A DNA stretch of 61,378 nucleotides, the filler included, from Choristocarpus tenellus KU-1152 (Eukaryota; Protista; Phaeophyceae): the NCBI GenBank assembly GCA_964200185.2. It is 7 parts of 7 records of this genome, joined end to end, with 100 filler letters (N's around TTAATTAATTAA, not from the genome) between each part and the next. Parts side by side here need not be neighbours in the genome. Positions count along the whole stretch, not along the records: positions 11,979 to 27,552 come from CAXNAD020000972.1; positions 27,653 to 34,255 come from CAXNAD020007771.1; 5 more parts are not named here. One strand, given 5' to 3'. A program made the translations under genes and the position numbers. A model generated the notes under the pieces. The model had not been told where the DNA came from, did no database searches, and saw only the letters and a list, made by a program, of their open reading frames with translations. Of the stretch, positions 13,858 to 27,695 are shown in pieces; within the stretch, counting starts at the first letter, position 1, and each line of letters starts with the position of its first letter.

Positions 13858-14221
13858 GTATCTCACACTGGACCGGCGGCTTTGGTGCTTTAATGAAGGA
13901 CAATGAAGAGCTTAGTGTAGATGTACAATATTGGTATTACAAGAGGGCTTATGGTCTCAATTCCTCTGACTGAGTACGTCGGTGAGACTAGCCTAAATAT
14001 CACTATTATTTCTATAGTGTAGGGTTTGTAATCGTCCACACTATTTTACTATGAATCATATATTTAATTTCTTAAGTGTAGAAAGTGCATCTTGAACTCG
14101 ACACAACGATATCTGGACACTATGAGTCAGTAGATACAATATATCTGTCACTGGCTCTCCATCCTATTACATAATCCACTGGTGGTGTGTCTATGTGTAT
14201 CAACAGCACTATCTACGAACA
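13858..14221 (+). mobile_element. LTR copy (first ~7 bp missing)
   Basis: Colinear with LTRs at 15350-15679 and 59031-59669; ends ...cagcactatctacgaaCA. Confidence 0.85.
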
Positions 14222-14470
14222 CTCTCCCTTGCTGCACAGACACTATACACCCTGAGAATCTACTTTTCTGAAAGTTGGAGAAAGAAAAAAACTTCTGCTA
14301 AATCTCTACAAACGAGGTCCCTGACTTTAATAGCTCTTCTATCTAAAGACAGTCTGCATGTAACATCACAGCTGTCACTTGACTACTGTGGGTATACACT
14401 AAAATACACGACAGATGGGGGACAAACTCAAAACCAAATAATTTGGAAGAACAAACACAAGAGAAAACAG

Positions 14471-14950
14471 TCACAAAGACAAACTTTCTGTTTCACCAAA
14501 ATGAGAACCAATGAATCCTTCCAACCTTTCCATCCTTTCAGCAAGGTCCTCTTGGTTCGAGGACAGAGGAGCCATTGTAGATATCACATGCACGTTCTTG
14601 TCCCCTCTTCTTGAAGGTTTTCTGGTTTTCTCCCTGGCCCGAACAGTCAGGGGACATTTGTCATAATCATGACCTAAACCTGTACACCTTGGGCATCTTC
14701 CATCTTGGTTGTCATCTTCCCCCAACCTTGCAGAGGCGCCAGCGTGTCGTCCCCTGTCTAGGTTGGGGCAGTCATTTTCGTGTGGCCATCTTTGCCACAC
14801 ATGATTCAAACTATGCGCCCCTTCCCGCGCCCCTTTCTGCCCGAGGAACTCCTTCCCGCACTCGCAACGAAAGCATGGCCACTCCCAATGGACTTACCCA
14901 TGTTGATCGGTTGCATGTTTTTGTACCTCGCCACCACCATATCTTCAACC
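14471..14950 (-). pseudogene. Gag/nucleocapsid remnant with CCHC zinc knuckles
   Basis: Intact CPRCTGLGHDYDKC (CX2CX4HX4C), preceded by a frameshifted knuckle (xIMCGKDGH..NDCP). Probably continues upstream at about 15750-16130. Confidence 0.7.
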
Positions 14951-15349
14951 CCGTTCACGCGTCTTCGTTTCCCCGAAATCTACGAAGCTCTTGACTTGGG
15001 AGTAGTTCTCCCCAAGCTTATTGAGAATCGTGGCCACCCTAGTCTCACCGACGTACTCAGTCAGAGGAATTGAGACCATAAGCCCTCTTGTAATACCAAT
15101 ATTGCACATCTACATTAAGCTGTTCATTGTCCTTCATTAAAACACCAAAGCCGCGGGTCCAGTGTGGGATACTTCAACACGCTGCGTAGCGGACCGAATA
15201 TTCCTGGGACGTTGTGCGAAGAGACCAAGGTGGCCATGATTTACGAAGCTCTTGACTTGGGAGTAGTTCTCTCCAAGCTGATTGGGGATCATGGCCACCT
15301 TGGTCTCTTCGCAAAAACGTCCCAGGAATAATCGGTCTGCTACGCAGCA

Positions 15350-15679
15350 TGTTGAAGTATCTCACACTGGACCCGACGCTTTGGTGCTTTAATGAAGGAC
15401 AATGGACAGCTTAATGTAGATGTACAATAAGAGGGCTTATGGTCTCAACTCCTCACATCGGTGAGACTAGCCTAACTATCATTATTATTTCTATGAGTGG
15501 GGTTTGTAGTTGTCCACACTTATTTACTTGTCTTAAGTATAGAAAGTGTATCTTGAACTTGACACAGAGATATCTGGACACTATGAGTCGGTAGATACAA
15601 TATATCTGTCACTGGCTCTCCATCCTGTTACATAATCCACCGGTGGTGTCTATGTGTATCAGAGCACTATCTACGAACA
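15350..15679 (+). mobile_element. LTR copy (TGTT...AACA)
   Basis: Starts TGTTGAAGTATCTCACACTGG, ends CTACGAACA. Flanks CAGCA/TTTCC do not form a TSD. Confidence 0.85.
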
Positions 15680-17556
15680 TTTCCCTCATTTTCCTACCCT
15701 CGTTGAATACCCACACTATTGAGTATGTAGCCATACCCTCTTATCAGTGCCACCAGATGTGAACTTTGCTTTCTCTTATGCTTTGTGACATGCTGTAAAA
15801 GACATCAATGAAACCTGTCTTGGTAACTTCAGCTCGCAATTGAGACCTCCTACGGCGGAGCTGTAACTTCTCAAGCCTGTTGTGAGTTGGAGGGGAAGAA
15901 GCAACCATCTCAGTGACTGGCTCGTCATCACGGATGCCCTTTGGCACTCTTTTCCTTTTTTCTTGATGGTTGTAGTCAATACACAACACTTATTCTCACC
16001 TGCCTCATCCTGAGCCATGGAAATGCATATTCTACGTAGGTAGCCACCACTCCGGTGGTCCTGGTTTGGTGGTAGAAGCGAGACAATGATCTTTCGCTGA
16101 GCACAGCATACCCGAAATGGAGATACTGGCACATAGGGTCTTGTAATGCTTGCTGTGCCTCTCTGTTTTATACAAAGTAATCCTGGATCAATCTCACCAG
16201 GAGTGTTACAACCCTCTGTATGGTGTGTCAGTCCACTCTAATACGTGTCTGGCCATTATGTCCCCAACATGCCTTACGGGGCGAAAATGACCATGGTATT
16301 CGTCCCAGACTAAAAAGACTTAAATTTTGGTCGACTTGACATATATATGTCTGGTTGCCTTAAGGTGGGTGCACGACTCTAGTAGGTAGTAAGTAATACA
16401 ACAAAATGTACTATTCAAACAAGTATTGTTATTCTTCTTGTACTAGAGGATCGTTTCGTTGCAAGCAATCCATATTCTACTACTACTGTTGCTGCACTTG
16501 TTTTGTTCTCTCCTCCTTTCACGAAATCCACCACCACACACCATTCAATTAGAAAGAAATATATGAATGTATCCAGGAAGACATGATACATTTTGGCACG
16601 CCATGCAAATGATGCAGTAACCCCACCCTTGCCCCCATATTCGTGCATGGAAAACACGCAGAAAACGCCCACAAAAGGGGCAGCGATCCATACAAGCATC
16701 CCTATGTGAGACTATTTGGATAGGAGAAAACCCTCCAAAATATATTTTAATCTGGTGGGTGATCATGTACTGCATGAACAATTTTGTCCTTGATACGATA
16801 AATGACGTTACGTGTATATTATGGACAAAATCAATATAATGTCGAATTCATTCAATTCAAAACATAATGATACACAATACTACTTCTGCTGCTACTGCTA
16901 CTACTATTACTACTCTTACTACTACTAATATGATCTCAGATCTATTTCCTTGAACTGAAACAGGAACCGCACCACAATAAATAGAAAGGCCAACCACCAG
17001 TCAGCTCTTGAGACTCTGACGAGATCTCTAACTCTCTTATGGGATCCAAGACTTCAAATATACAAGAAACAGCGACATACTTCGAAGTGCCAATATTAGG
17101 TAGCGATTCTAAGATCAATATAAGACAGGGTAACTTTGAGGCTGGAAGAGTATACATAGAAGTGCTATGTCTGAAAGTTGCACATCTCCAAAAATAAGCA
17201 AATAACCAAGAAAACTAGAGACTGCTGACCAAATATCGTTTCCCGTTGATCTTGACAAATTCTCCCCCACCAGGGATCGACAGTCAAAATGAGGTGAGAG
17301 TCTATTACAGTTCAACCCACACCTTCCCCCACTAAAAAAAGGCAAAAAAATGATACGCACTGCAAATATAAAGAAAAACGAACATAAATTAGTACTTTTT
17401 TTTATCGTTCAAGACAGCGCTTGTGACCTTTCTTCAAAGGAAGGCAGACATCAAGGTGCATCAGGATCCTGTCAGGAACGTTTCTCTCGAGCAGGGTCCG
17501 CTTACCTAGTTTAAGGTGGAAATGAATTCCCAACATGTCCGAAGCAACAAGGTACA

Positions 17557-17823
17557 GAGTGAAAACATTTAAGAGGGTAGGAGTTATGTTCTGTTTTGCC
17601 CGTTTGGGGCCTGAAATGTTTTGTCGATCCACAACGTTTTATGCCCTTTTTCGGTTTACTGTGTTTCGGAGTAGGTAAAATGTACACATGTATGAAAGGT
17701 GTGCCCGGAACAAGGATATTGACATTTCCTATCAAAGACGATACCCCAAAATACATCAAAATCGCAACAATGGATTTTGGACCCCAAACGGACATGACCC
17801 TACCATCTTAAATGCTTTGGCTC
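17557..17823 (-). mobile_element. MITE family A, diverged copy
   Basis: Reverse-complement match to family A; termini GAGTGAAAACATTTAAGAGGG / TTAAATGCTTTGGCTC. Confidence 0.85.
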
Positions 17824-19889
17824 AAGGAAAAAGGGTAGGGGGGAATGTTTGTGTGTCTACGAGCACACACGAGTGACCATCATTGGTGTGCCTTAAAGTT
17901 GTGTGCATTTTAGAAATTCGCCAAAAAACACAGGATAGCTAGATGGTTTCAAGCCTTACACCATTCTCATCTTGTCCCTACTCCCCAGGTGGCTTCTAAA
18001 ATCAAGACCTGAACGACCAAAGCATCATCGCTTCCATGCCATACAGCATGGATGCGGTACAAGTAGTCATCCTATACTCAGGATATTTTAGCAATCATTG
18101 TAGACAAGGAGGCATAGAACGTCATCATGGGAGAGGGGCCTCAAGTATGTCTGGTTGCCTCAATATTTTTACATTGCATGCCAATGCTATATTCATAAGC
18201 AAAATATTTGGCGAAACATATTTTGTTTAAGGCGTTTGCAGGTGTAGTAATTGGGAAAAGTCCACAACTGTGACCTGTGTTCAAAATTGTTTTTCACAAA
18301 AATAACAGTGGTCTGTGTAATGTGTTACTCTTGTCTTTGTCCACTGTAAGTAGGGCTGCAGGATAGATCCAAGATTGATTGGGTGCTCAATAACAGCAAC
18401 CAACGTGTAACACCACTTATAGCTACAAACTCCCTAGTTGATAAGCATTGCTGAAGCCAAGTAGCAGCAGCATGGCACTTGAGCTTCATATATTTATTTT
18501 CATAGTTCATCATTGATTGACAGCACTATCCCGAAAGCCAAACAAATATGACAGGTCATAACATTTTACCATGCACTTGACATGATTACCCCCCCCTCCG
18601 CCCCCTCATGCAAGCATTTATATCGAGGAATTTGATGCGCATGGGTTAGAGGTTGACACTTTATCAATGTGAATATGTAGTTTTCAACACAAGCACATAC
18701 TAAGGCTCAGGTTGTCGTTGAGTATCGAATTGAACGAATACAATGGGTGATGCCCAGGTAAAATATAAAAACAAGTTTCAATGGCGATGGTTGGTTCACG
18801 GTGATTAAACTTCGGTAATATTTATCTCTGGACATTTACATATTGCTGCACTATGAAGGTGGCAACGTGCAAATGATTGCTGCAGCAACTCAATATATTT
18901 CGGAAGAATGTACATAGGGTAGAATGTTGACCGGACGATTTTTCTTACTTGAGATTGTATGAACAATAGGAGTGATAGCGTGGCGTAAATCAACTTACGC
19001 ATTCATTGCTCTGTCCGAATAATCTTTAGGAATAGACCTATTCTCAGCGTGTTATAAATTATATCCTAAACAAGTACTATATTTTTCTTTTGTGTCAAGA
19101 ATTGGGAAAGAAAAGGGTTGACATCAATATCTTGAACTACACAATAAATCCACCCTGGTTACACCTGGTTCTCTGTTCTTCCAAAATTCAATCAAATATA
19201 CTTCGTTTACACATTGGAAGGGTGAACTTTAGCCAACTGTAAATGCCATTGTAAAATTCGTTTGTGGAGACCGATTTTGGCCCTTATGGACGAAGGGAGT
19301 AGATTTTTCAGGGCGAGACATTGACAACAGTGATTCAGAAATATCAGCCCAAATATTTCAATCAAATATACCCAGAAAACCCGAAGGTTACAGCATCTCA
19401 ATATTCCCATCTCCGCAGTTCCACAGACAAGCACGGATGATGGTAGCCCACAGACTATAAGACCCGATCTAAACCAGGTCCACAAACACCGTACCTCAGA
19501 AACAGGAACTCCGTTTTTTGAGAAGATATTAGTGAACCCTGTGCTAGTGTCGCTGAGCCTCTCAGTAGGATCTTCATATTGCAGGGTGCCATTGAGCCTG
19601 CCCAAGCTCATCGAACTGATCATGATGGATATCAGGAGAGACACTCAAAGCCTTTGAAGAAGATCCCTCAGACATGCATGATAATAATCAGATTGTGTGT
19701 TTTATGTTTATCACGTCACACTAAAAGAGTGAACCAGCTTTTTCAAGGAGGGCAATCAAGGATTGTAGCAAGGTGAACACCTTGCTAAGTGTGGGAACCC
19801 TGCTTGTAGCGTAATAAACTCAAATTATACAATAACTGTAGGTGTGTGCATGTGCAAGTTCCTTTCTCACTACATGTGGAAATTCGTAC

Positions 19890-21570
19890 TCGTGACTAAA
19901 CGTTCTCTACATCATTGCTCCTCCACATTACAATTACTCAACTCAATGGTAGGCAAACATTTTCGATTGAATAAAATCAATCTACATACACCAGTTTCTC
20001 TATGCTTCAATAACCCCATCAAAGTTCGTCCACAATTAGCGATTAAATCAAAGCAACCTTTATACAGCCCTTCCTCTACGCTACAATACCATCATTCAAT
20101 GCTAAGAAACATTCTGCGACTGAATCAAAGAGGCCTATATACAGCTGCTTTTCATTTCTACCATAACCCCATCAAAGCTCAGCAACCAGTTACAATTGAA
20201 TTGGAGCAACCTATATTCAGGTATTCCTCTATGCTACAATACCACCAGTCAATGCCTGGCAACCACCATTAGCGACTGAATCAAAGCAACCTATTCAAAG
20301 GCGTTCCCTATGCTACAATACCACCAGTCAATGCTTGGCAACCACCACTAGGTACTGAATCAAAGCAACCTTTTTATAGGCGTTCCCCTATGCTACAATA
20401 ACACCACCAGTCAATGCTTGGTAACCACCACTAGGTACTGAATCAAAGCAACCCATGTACAGCTGTTCCTTTATGCTACAATGCCACCATTCAATGCTCA
20501 GAAACATTCTGCGACTCGATCAAAGCCGCCTATATACAGGTGCTTTTCTATACTACACAACCCCATCAAAACTCATCAACAAATTACGATTGAATCAAAG
20601 CAGCCTATATACACCTTTCCTATACTATATAATACCAGCATTCAATGCTGGACACCCATGTGCGAGTGAATCAAAGCAGCCTATATACAGCTGTTCCTCT
20701 ATGCTACAATGCCGCCATTTAATGCTCAACATCTTGCGAGTGAATCAAAGCCACCTATATACAGGCGTTCCTCTATGCTACAATACCACCATTCAATAAT
20801 GGTAGGCACCCATGTGCGACTGAGTCAAAGCAACCTATGCACGGCTGTTCCTCTATGCCACAATATCACCATTTAATGCTCGTCGCCTATTTTCGACTGA
20901 ATCAAAGCAACCTATAAACAACCGTTCCTCCATACTACAATACCACCATTCAATGCTTGGCAACCATTTTTCGATATTGAATCAACACAAACAATATACA
21001 GTTGTTCCTGTATGGTACTATACCACCATTCAACGCTGGGCACCCATGTGCAACTGAATCAGAGCAGCCTATATACAGCCGTCCCTCTATGCTATAATTA
21101 TACCATTTAATGCTCAACAACATTTTTCGACTGAATCAAAACAACCTATATGCAGGCGTTCCTCTATACTACAAAACTACTATTCAATGCTTGGCAACCA
21201 TTTTGTGATTGAATCAATGCACAACCTATATACAGCTGTTCCTCTAAGGTACAATGCCCCCATTCAACGCTGGGCACCCATGTAGGACTGAATAGACTGA
21301 AACCATTCAACTCTGGGCACCCATGTAGAACTGAATCAGAGGAGCCTATATGCAGCCGTTCCTCTATGCTACAATACTACCATTTGATACTCATCAACCA
21401 TTGGCGATTGAATCGACGCAACCTATATACACACGTTCCTCTAAAAATACAGTACCACCATTTAATGCTTGGCAACCAAGTGTGACTGAATCAAAGCAAA
21501 CTATGTACAGCTGTTTCTCTATGCTACACCAACACCAATCAATGCCCACCAACCATTTGCAACTGAATAT
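19890..21570. repeat. Satellite array, ~23 units of ~77 bp
   Basis: Consensus gactgaatcaaagcaacctatatacagctgttcctctatgctacaataccaccattcaatgct.ggcaaccat...; the unit anchor recurs mostly every 74-83 bp. Confidence 0.95.
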
Positions 21571-22293
21571 AGATAATATAAGACAGAAGATGAAAATAAT
21601 ACATGCCAAAGGGGAGTGGGTTGACTCGCTCCTTCCCCAGTCCCTCTGTTTGCCAGCAGAACTGCAGGAACAATCCAGGCGCCTCTCCCTACCTGGCCTA
21701 CTGAGCATTGCTTGTATCACAATAATACCATCTGAATGCCTGCAAACACGAAAAATGGGAATTGGCAGTTGGTGCATTTATTGAGGCCGCTACCACCTGA
21801 GAACAGACCCTTACCCCCTCCCAGAATTGTAAAATGTCATGTAGTTACGACTCAATAATTGCGGAAGTAGACACACGGCTGTGTTTCCTTGATGCTGTTG
21901 ACCCTCGCTTTCCCTGCCTGACTTGCCCTGTCCTATCCACAAAGGACACCCTCTGCACTTTTTTTGTGTTGCAAGGTAGTATTGCTGTGCTATTGCTGCT
22001 AGTTGCAACAGATCTTCTAGGTGGCCTGACCCCCCCCGTCCCCTGGGAAATTGAGACCCTGTGCCCAACTGCTGCATGGGAAGTCGACATTTGCTGCCGT
22101 GAAGCTGTTCCTGTGATATAGTGCTGTGAAAGAAGATTCCCCAATTTGTCGCAGGTGGAATTGATAAGATTCATCAATAGTATAGTGTGCACGAGAAATG
22201 AAGAACCTAACAATGGATGCATGCAGATTTGAATTTGATCCGCCATAACAAACCATCGCAAAGGCACGAGAAGAATTGTAAGATACGAGACAT

Positions 22294-22444
22294 GTCAGAG
22301 GGTAGAGAGGAGTCAGAGGGTAGAGAGGAGTCAGAGGGCAGAGAGGAGTCAGAGGGTAGAGAGGAGTCAGGGGGTAGAGAGGAGTCAGAGGGTGGAGAGG
22401 AGTCAGAAGGTAGAGAGGAGTCAGAGGGTAGAGAGGAGTCAGAG
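22294..22444. repeat. 18-bp minisatellite (GTCAGAGGGTAGAGAGGA) x~8.4
   Basis: Near-perfect tandem copies read directly. Confidence 0.95.
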
Positions 22445-22909
22445 CTCACAGGAAAACCCCTGGTAGTTTTGTTTCGTTCATTCTATCCACCTGAGAATTT
22501 GAGTTCCTGACCCATTAGCATTGACCCAATCATTGAAGAAAAACAGGAAAGCTGCTAGTGTGGGTGCTCAATGTTGTAAGGAGCACTTCGAAGCATTCCA
22601 AACATTTTGTAGTCATGCAGTTATCTATAGCCTTGGTTTACTGAATGATCATAAAATAGGTAAATGCATTACACTCTCAGGAGATACAGCCGAACAGAGC
22701 AACATGCCTAACCATAGGATACTACGATTTACTGTGTATGCCCTATTTTTTTCGGCTATTTTTTCTCAACGGCTAACAGGATGAAACTCAAGGTGCTCGT
22801 TTTTCACATTTTTCGTTTCAAGCCTTCCTCGCCACTTGAACGAACCTCTTTCACATTAAAAAAAACCGTCCCTACACCCCACCCCATTGTACGGGGCAGA
22901 TGATTGCAA

Positions 22910-23089
22910 GGCTCAAAGTATCTGAGGGGGTGTAGCGGCTGTCCATTTGGGGCCATTTTTTTTTATGTCATGATTTTTGGGTGATTTTGGTTGCATATGT
23001 CGGATGGATAAGGTAAGTGCACTTTTCCTGGTTATTGTCCAAATGGACACCCTGCTGTAGACCCCTCCCCCCAACAGATACTTTGGGTC
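22910..23089 (+). mobile_element. MITE family C (180 bp)
   Basis: TIRs GGCTCAAAGTATCTG / CAGATACTTTGGGTC; reverse complement of 29046-29225. Confidence 0.88.
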
Positions 23090-26000
23090 AAAAACACATC
23101 TTCCTTGCTCTCTTCACAGGGCTCATCCTCGCTACCATATCATCGTCACTCCTTGAGGATAGTGCATCTTCACGGATTCCGGATGAATACCAATATAGTT
23201 CAAAAGTAGTAAATACGAACGATTCCTTGGTCACTACTCCAGTACATTCTACCTGAATATATCCCACACCTCGAGAAAATGGGAGTATTGCCATTATTAG
23301 AAACATTCCCTTCCCATTCCCCTTTGAGCCCTAGTTGGCCGCACCCTTCTTGGCAACATTGATGACGACCCACAGGAAAATATCTAGCATCACCAGTTCC
23401 CTGCCTTGAGCCCTGCACATAATTTTTTTCATTTGAGATGAATTTGAGGGTAAAATGCATGGCCTTGGTGTTACTGCCCCAATTCCAAGTCCACAATGCT
23501 CTTGGCCTCACATTTTTAATAATGCTCTTGCACTCTAGCTATGCATGCATATACATGTATGCATTGCACCTCAACGTAATGATGCGGTTAGTTAGGACAT
23601 GGTTGCAACTATGAGGAAGCCCGTGGCTCATCTTTTCAAAGCCACAGAACCACGTAGTATATTTAATCCTTCAAAACAACCTGATCACTTCACTACTGCC
23701 CTCAATGCAGCACATCCTTGGACAAGGAGGACAAGATGAAACTAAGTGCAACCCTTATTCCGCCTCACTGAGTACGAACAAATCATACTTTTAACCTTTT
23801 CACTCTGAAGCAAGTGATTCTCAAAGTCGCCATCACAATTAAGGAACTGAAGAACCTGGTATTGGCAAATCTTTTAGAGGATCATCCTACGCTCACAGTG
23901 TGCTGCGCGGAATGGTATCTTGGAGCTCTGCAAAAGTTGGTTTATCGCAACATTGAAAAACAAGGACATGTGATGTTGTTACTTGGAGCTGCGTTGCGTC
24001 CCCACAACGATGTAAGGAGTGTTCAGGATTCCTCTTATTTATAGACATAGTCCAAAACTAAAGAGCAATACAGAGTAAAACAAACATGGCAAAACTCAAC
24101 GATTTTTTCACAATAAATAAATCCGTGGATGACACTAAAACAACGACACCTGCTCCATACGACTCTAGGAACGGGTTGAAAGAAAAATGCAACGTCTACA
24201 CTGCACAATAAAAATGGCAAGGTCCTTACCCAGCAATCACTCAAAACACTGAAAGAATAGACCACAATGAAATTCCAGGCACACCACAACAAAGAAGAAT
24301 ACAATCTCGAAGTTTTGATATTATTAGGAACTCGAACAAGAGGGAAAAATCGGAGCTATTATCAACACCCCACTGAGCCCCTTCCCCTGCAAATCATCGG
24401 ACCCACACCTCCCTTCTCAACACTGCCCGCCTTGTACCACCAAGCCAGGCTACATTGCATATAATTGTGGTGCCCAGTATTGAACAAAAGCGGTATTCCA
24501 CAAGTGTCAGAATCTCCTTACATCAGAGCGCTTGACCCTCTGTCGGTTACAGTTTGTCAGTTATACTTGTACGTACTACAGTGATACCCAGCAAAATCCT
24601 CCCTCGACTTTCTGTGGTAGGGACTAGAAAGACAGGCCATCACTGGAAAATGCACTAATTGTCTCAAGTACCTATAAAACTGCGCCAAAAGCTACAAGTG
24701 ATAGAGTTGAGTTGCACGCAAGGATGTCATCAACGTAGACAGGCATCCTCTTCACAATCACGCACAGTTCCCCTCGTTGCAAGAAGAACACGGACAGACA
24801 CCGCTACGGAAGAGCAGATGCAGCCTGAGACGTCCAACCAGGATGGGTAGAAACGGTGAAGGAATGGAGAGAGCAATGGGGAAGGTTACGTCAGGGGTAA
24901 ACAAGAGGTAGCATGTACCTCGAACACACTTCTAGAAATGAATTTTTGCGTGTATTCTAGAACCAGTTTGTTGTTCTGCACCACTCCCAACATTCTAAGC
25001 ACGAACATAAGAAACACACTGCAAAGCTGCACCGGGCGAGACAAAAACCATTTGCAAATACATCTTTTCCTCCTTGTGTAGTATGAGTACCTCTTGAGAC
25101 ACTACTTCTTTCAAAACATAAAAACTAGATTCCAAAGTACTCAGGAGGCAGAAAAGAGTATGGAAATCTGTTGCGGCATCTTCTCGATTGGAATATATAA
25201 TGAGAGTCTCCTGCACTACCACCACAACTCTTGCCGACATATTTCAAAGCTTGTTTTACCTTACCATTACCAGCTGGGGCACGTTCCCCTAGACAAAGAT
25301 TTCATAAATGCAAGGGTTCTTCCTGAGAGGCTCAGATCGGATCACACTACCTGACACCACGGGGTACTTCGAACAATAATGAGTAGAGATGCGACTGCGA
25401 GCTCAGACAACTCTGTAGTGCCACAATACACTTCAATGTTCAAGTACCTCATTCTCTACAACATACTTCAGAGCAAGTACTTGGTCAAGTGCATAGGTTT
25501 CATTCCACAACTCTCTCTCTGTTGCTTCATGGTGCGCAAAACACTGGTCGGTATTATACTATTAATATCGTACACCAACAAAGTCGATGTCTTGAACAGT
25601 TTCAGCTTACATTTACAGCGGTTTCACAAACACTTTCAAAGAAGTGCTCCTTGAGCAATAAGGAGTGTTGATAGTGTTAAATAAGCTGTTGTTTTCCAGG
25701 ACTTGCGTATATAAGCGTATCGATTAATTCCTTCCTGGGTTGGATAGGATGTAGATGAAGTAAGGAAGGAGAAAGAAGTGGGTCTTCAGCCGATATGCGG
25801 GCGGCACCCTTGTCACCAATCGATCATACTCTGCAGATCACTACTCGTTAATCTCTCATCAAGATGACTTGATACAATGTTTCCTATCTATCCCTTAACT
25901 CTCCATTGTTCTAGTTCATTAAATAAACCATACTCATCTTCTGTTCTTCAGAATACCATCTTCTCTCCCGCTAACTGATTGTTTCTTACACGATCTACTT

Positions 26001-27008
26001 TCACTCAAGATATCCTCGACAAAGAGCAGGGGTACGATGTCCCCCTTAAGATGACCTTCTCCCGTGGGACTACACATTCCCAATAGTAGTCTCAAGGGTA
26101 TCATCATCAAGAAGAGAAACTACACATGACTAACAAGCACTCACACTTCAGAGAAGAGTCAAATGGGCACAGAATCGTCAAATCTCAAAGTAACGAGCGT
26201 CAGAAAACGTTACACTATTGGAATCTCTAACATACAGTAGAAATATGCACCACTGTTATCTCAGGAAGCGCACTTTTTTCAAAAATGCCCCGCCCCAATG
26301 AATACAGTCCAACATCCATAATTTCTGAACATGGTAACTGCGAGCTTGAGGCGAGTGTAAGATCTTCGTCAACATATTGTTTTTTTTAGATAGACGGGAT
26401 GATTCCATAGTTTTATTTTATCTCATACACACCGTCTTCTTTGTATCGCAGAAGTGTTGATACTGCTATGGTTATCTATTCCCTACTACTGCGAATCTTA
26501 GATTCGATTGAATCGCTACGACTCGATAATGTCGCACTTTATCGAAAAAGAAAAACGCGGGGCGATTTTCGATCGGTCATTTTTCGCGCGGATATGCACT
26601 GTGCCCATTGCCTGTTGATTGGTGTACCTTCATTCACACAGTGCGTGTACATTTCATATATAATCGAGTACACAAAAAAAAATTCCCACACGATATAACT
26701 TCTCTTCATAACCGATTTAACTTTTCGATTCACAACACTACTAACTTGAGAGTCAGTGAAAATTACATAACAGACAGGGGATAGGCCTTGTCCCTCACAC
26801 ACTGTACATCCCAAACAGACTCGTGTACGAAACAGTCGATGATCCATAATCCATTCCGTGACACTTCCCTCCCATCGACATGACCACTCCACGCAAGTAC
26901 ACCTTACACAGACACAAGCATACAGACACAAACGCACACGCACACGCGCATGCACCATTTCTATACAACTCCGATCGCACTGCAGCCCAACAGTAGTTCA
27001 ACATCGAT

Positions 27009-27218
27009 TCAATGCACTTTACCCCTACACAAGAGGCCGTCCACCTTGGCAAGCGTATCTTGGATGTCTTCCACATCTTTCAGTCTCGTGGTCACTTTCC
27101 TCTGCGTGATCTTGATCGCTGCTTCCGCTTCTGCCACCAAAGATTCGGCCTCTTCTGCCTTGTCCAGCAGTCTCTGCCTCTCTGTCATCTTGAGCCTAAC
27201 CGATCTGACCCTTATCAA
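27009..27218 (-). CDS. Probable exon of a coiled-coil protein gene (incomplete)
   Basis: Heptad-like ERQRLLDKAEEAESLVAEAEAAIKITQRKVTTRLKDVEDIQDTLAKVD ending near a GTAAAG donor. Further possible exons at about 25080-25540 not resolved. Confidence 0.4.
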   Translation of the reverse strand: MIRVRSVRLKMTERQRLLDKAEEAESLVAEAEAAIKITQRKVTTRLKDVEDIQDTLAKVDGLLCRGKVH

Positions 27219-27652
27219 ATCTGAAGGGCTCGCTCCAGCCGGCAGTGGGCTGTGGTATCAAGAATTCAAGGAGGGTCGCAACAGGGTGTTGTGGGGTGAG
27301 GGTGGGGAGTGGGGGTGGAATGATAACCAGAACCATTGAAAAAAAGAAAAAGAAATGGAAGAGCGAGAGGGTCCTTACGGAGGGGGACAAGCATTAGAGG
27401 GGTGGTCTGAAGTGATTGTGGAGGAAAACTGTCGTTCTTCATATCTTACTCTTGTGATGTCTTCAGGTTACATATATATATATGGATATATCGTGGATTT
27501 TACGTAGTATTTAAAAAAAAGTGTCACATTTTTTTTTTTTACGAAAAATATTNNNNNNNNNNNNNNNNNNNNNNNNNNNNNNNNNNNNNNNNNNNNTTAA
27601 TTAATTAANNNNNNNNNNNNNNNNNNNNNNNNNNNNNNNNNNNNNNNNNNNN

Positions 27653-27695
27653 GTGAAAAACGGACGTTGACACCCCCCCCAAGATACTTTGACCC
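27653..27695 (-). mobile_element. MITE family B terminus at contig start
   Basis: gtgaaaaacggacgttgacacccccccc aagatactttgaccc matches the reverse complement of the 7462 end. Confidence 0.8.

Noticed and set aside
13858-15679. Complete small LTR element bounded by two LTRs
   Set aside because: No shared TSD, PBS or PPT; the enclosed gag is antisense and appears to continue beyond the second LTR.
19890-21570. CRISPR-like array or repeat-protein gene
   Set aside because: Whole units are homologous with no unique spacers, no cas genes are present, and unit lengths are not multiples of three.
22207-22510. SEGREE / SDSSLP repeat proteins
   Set aside because: The ORFs arise from a stop-free 18-bp minisatellite; no splice or domain support.
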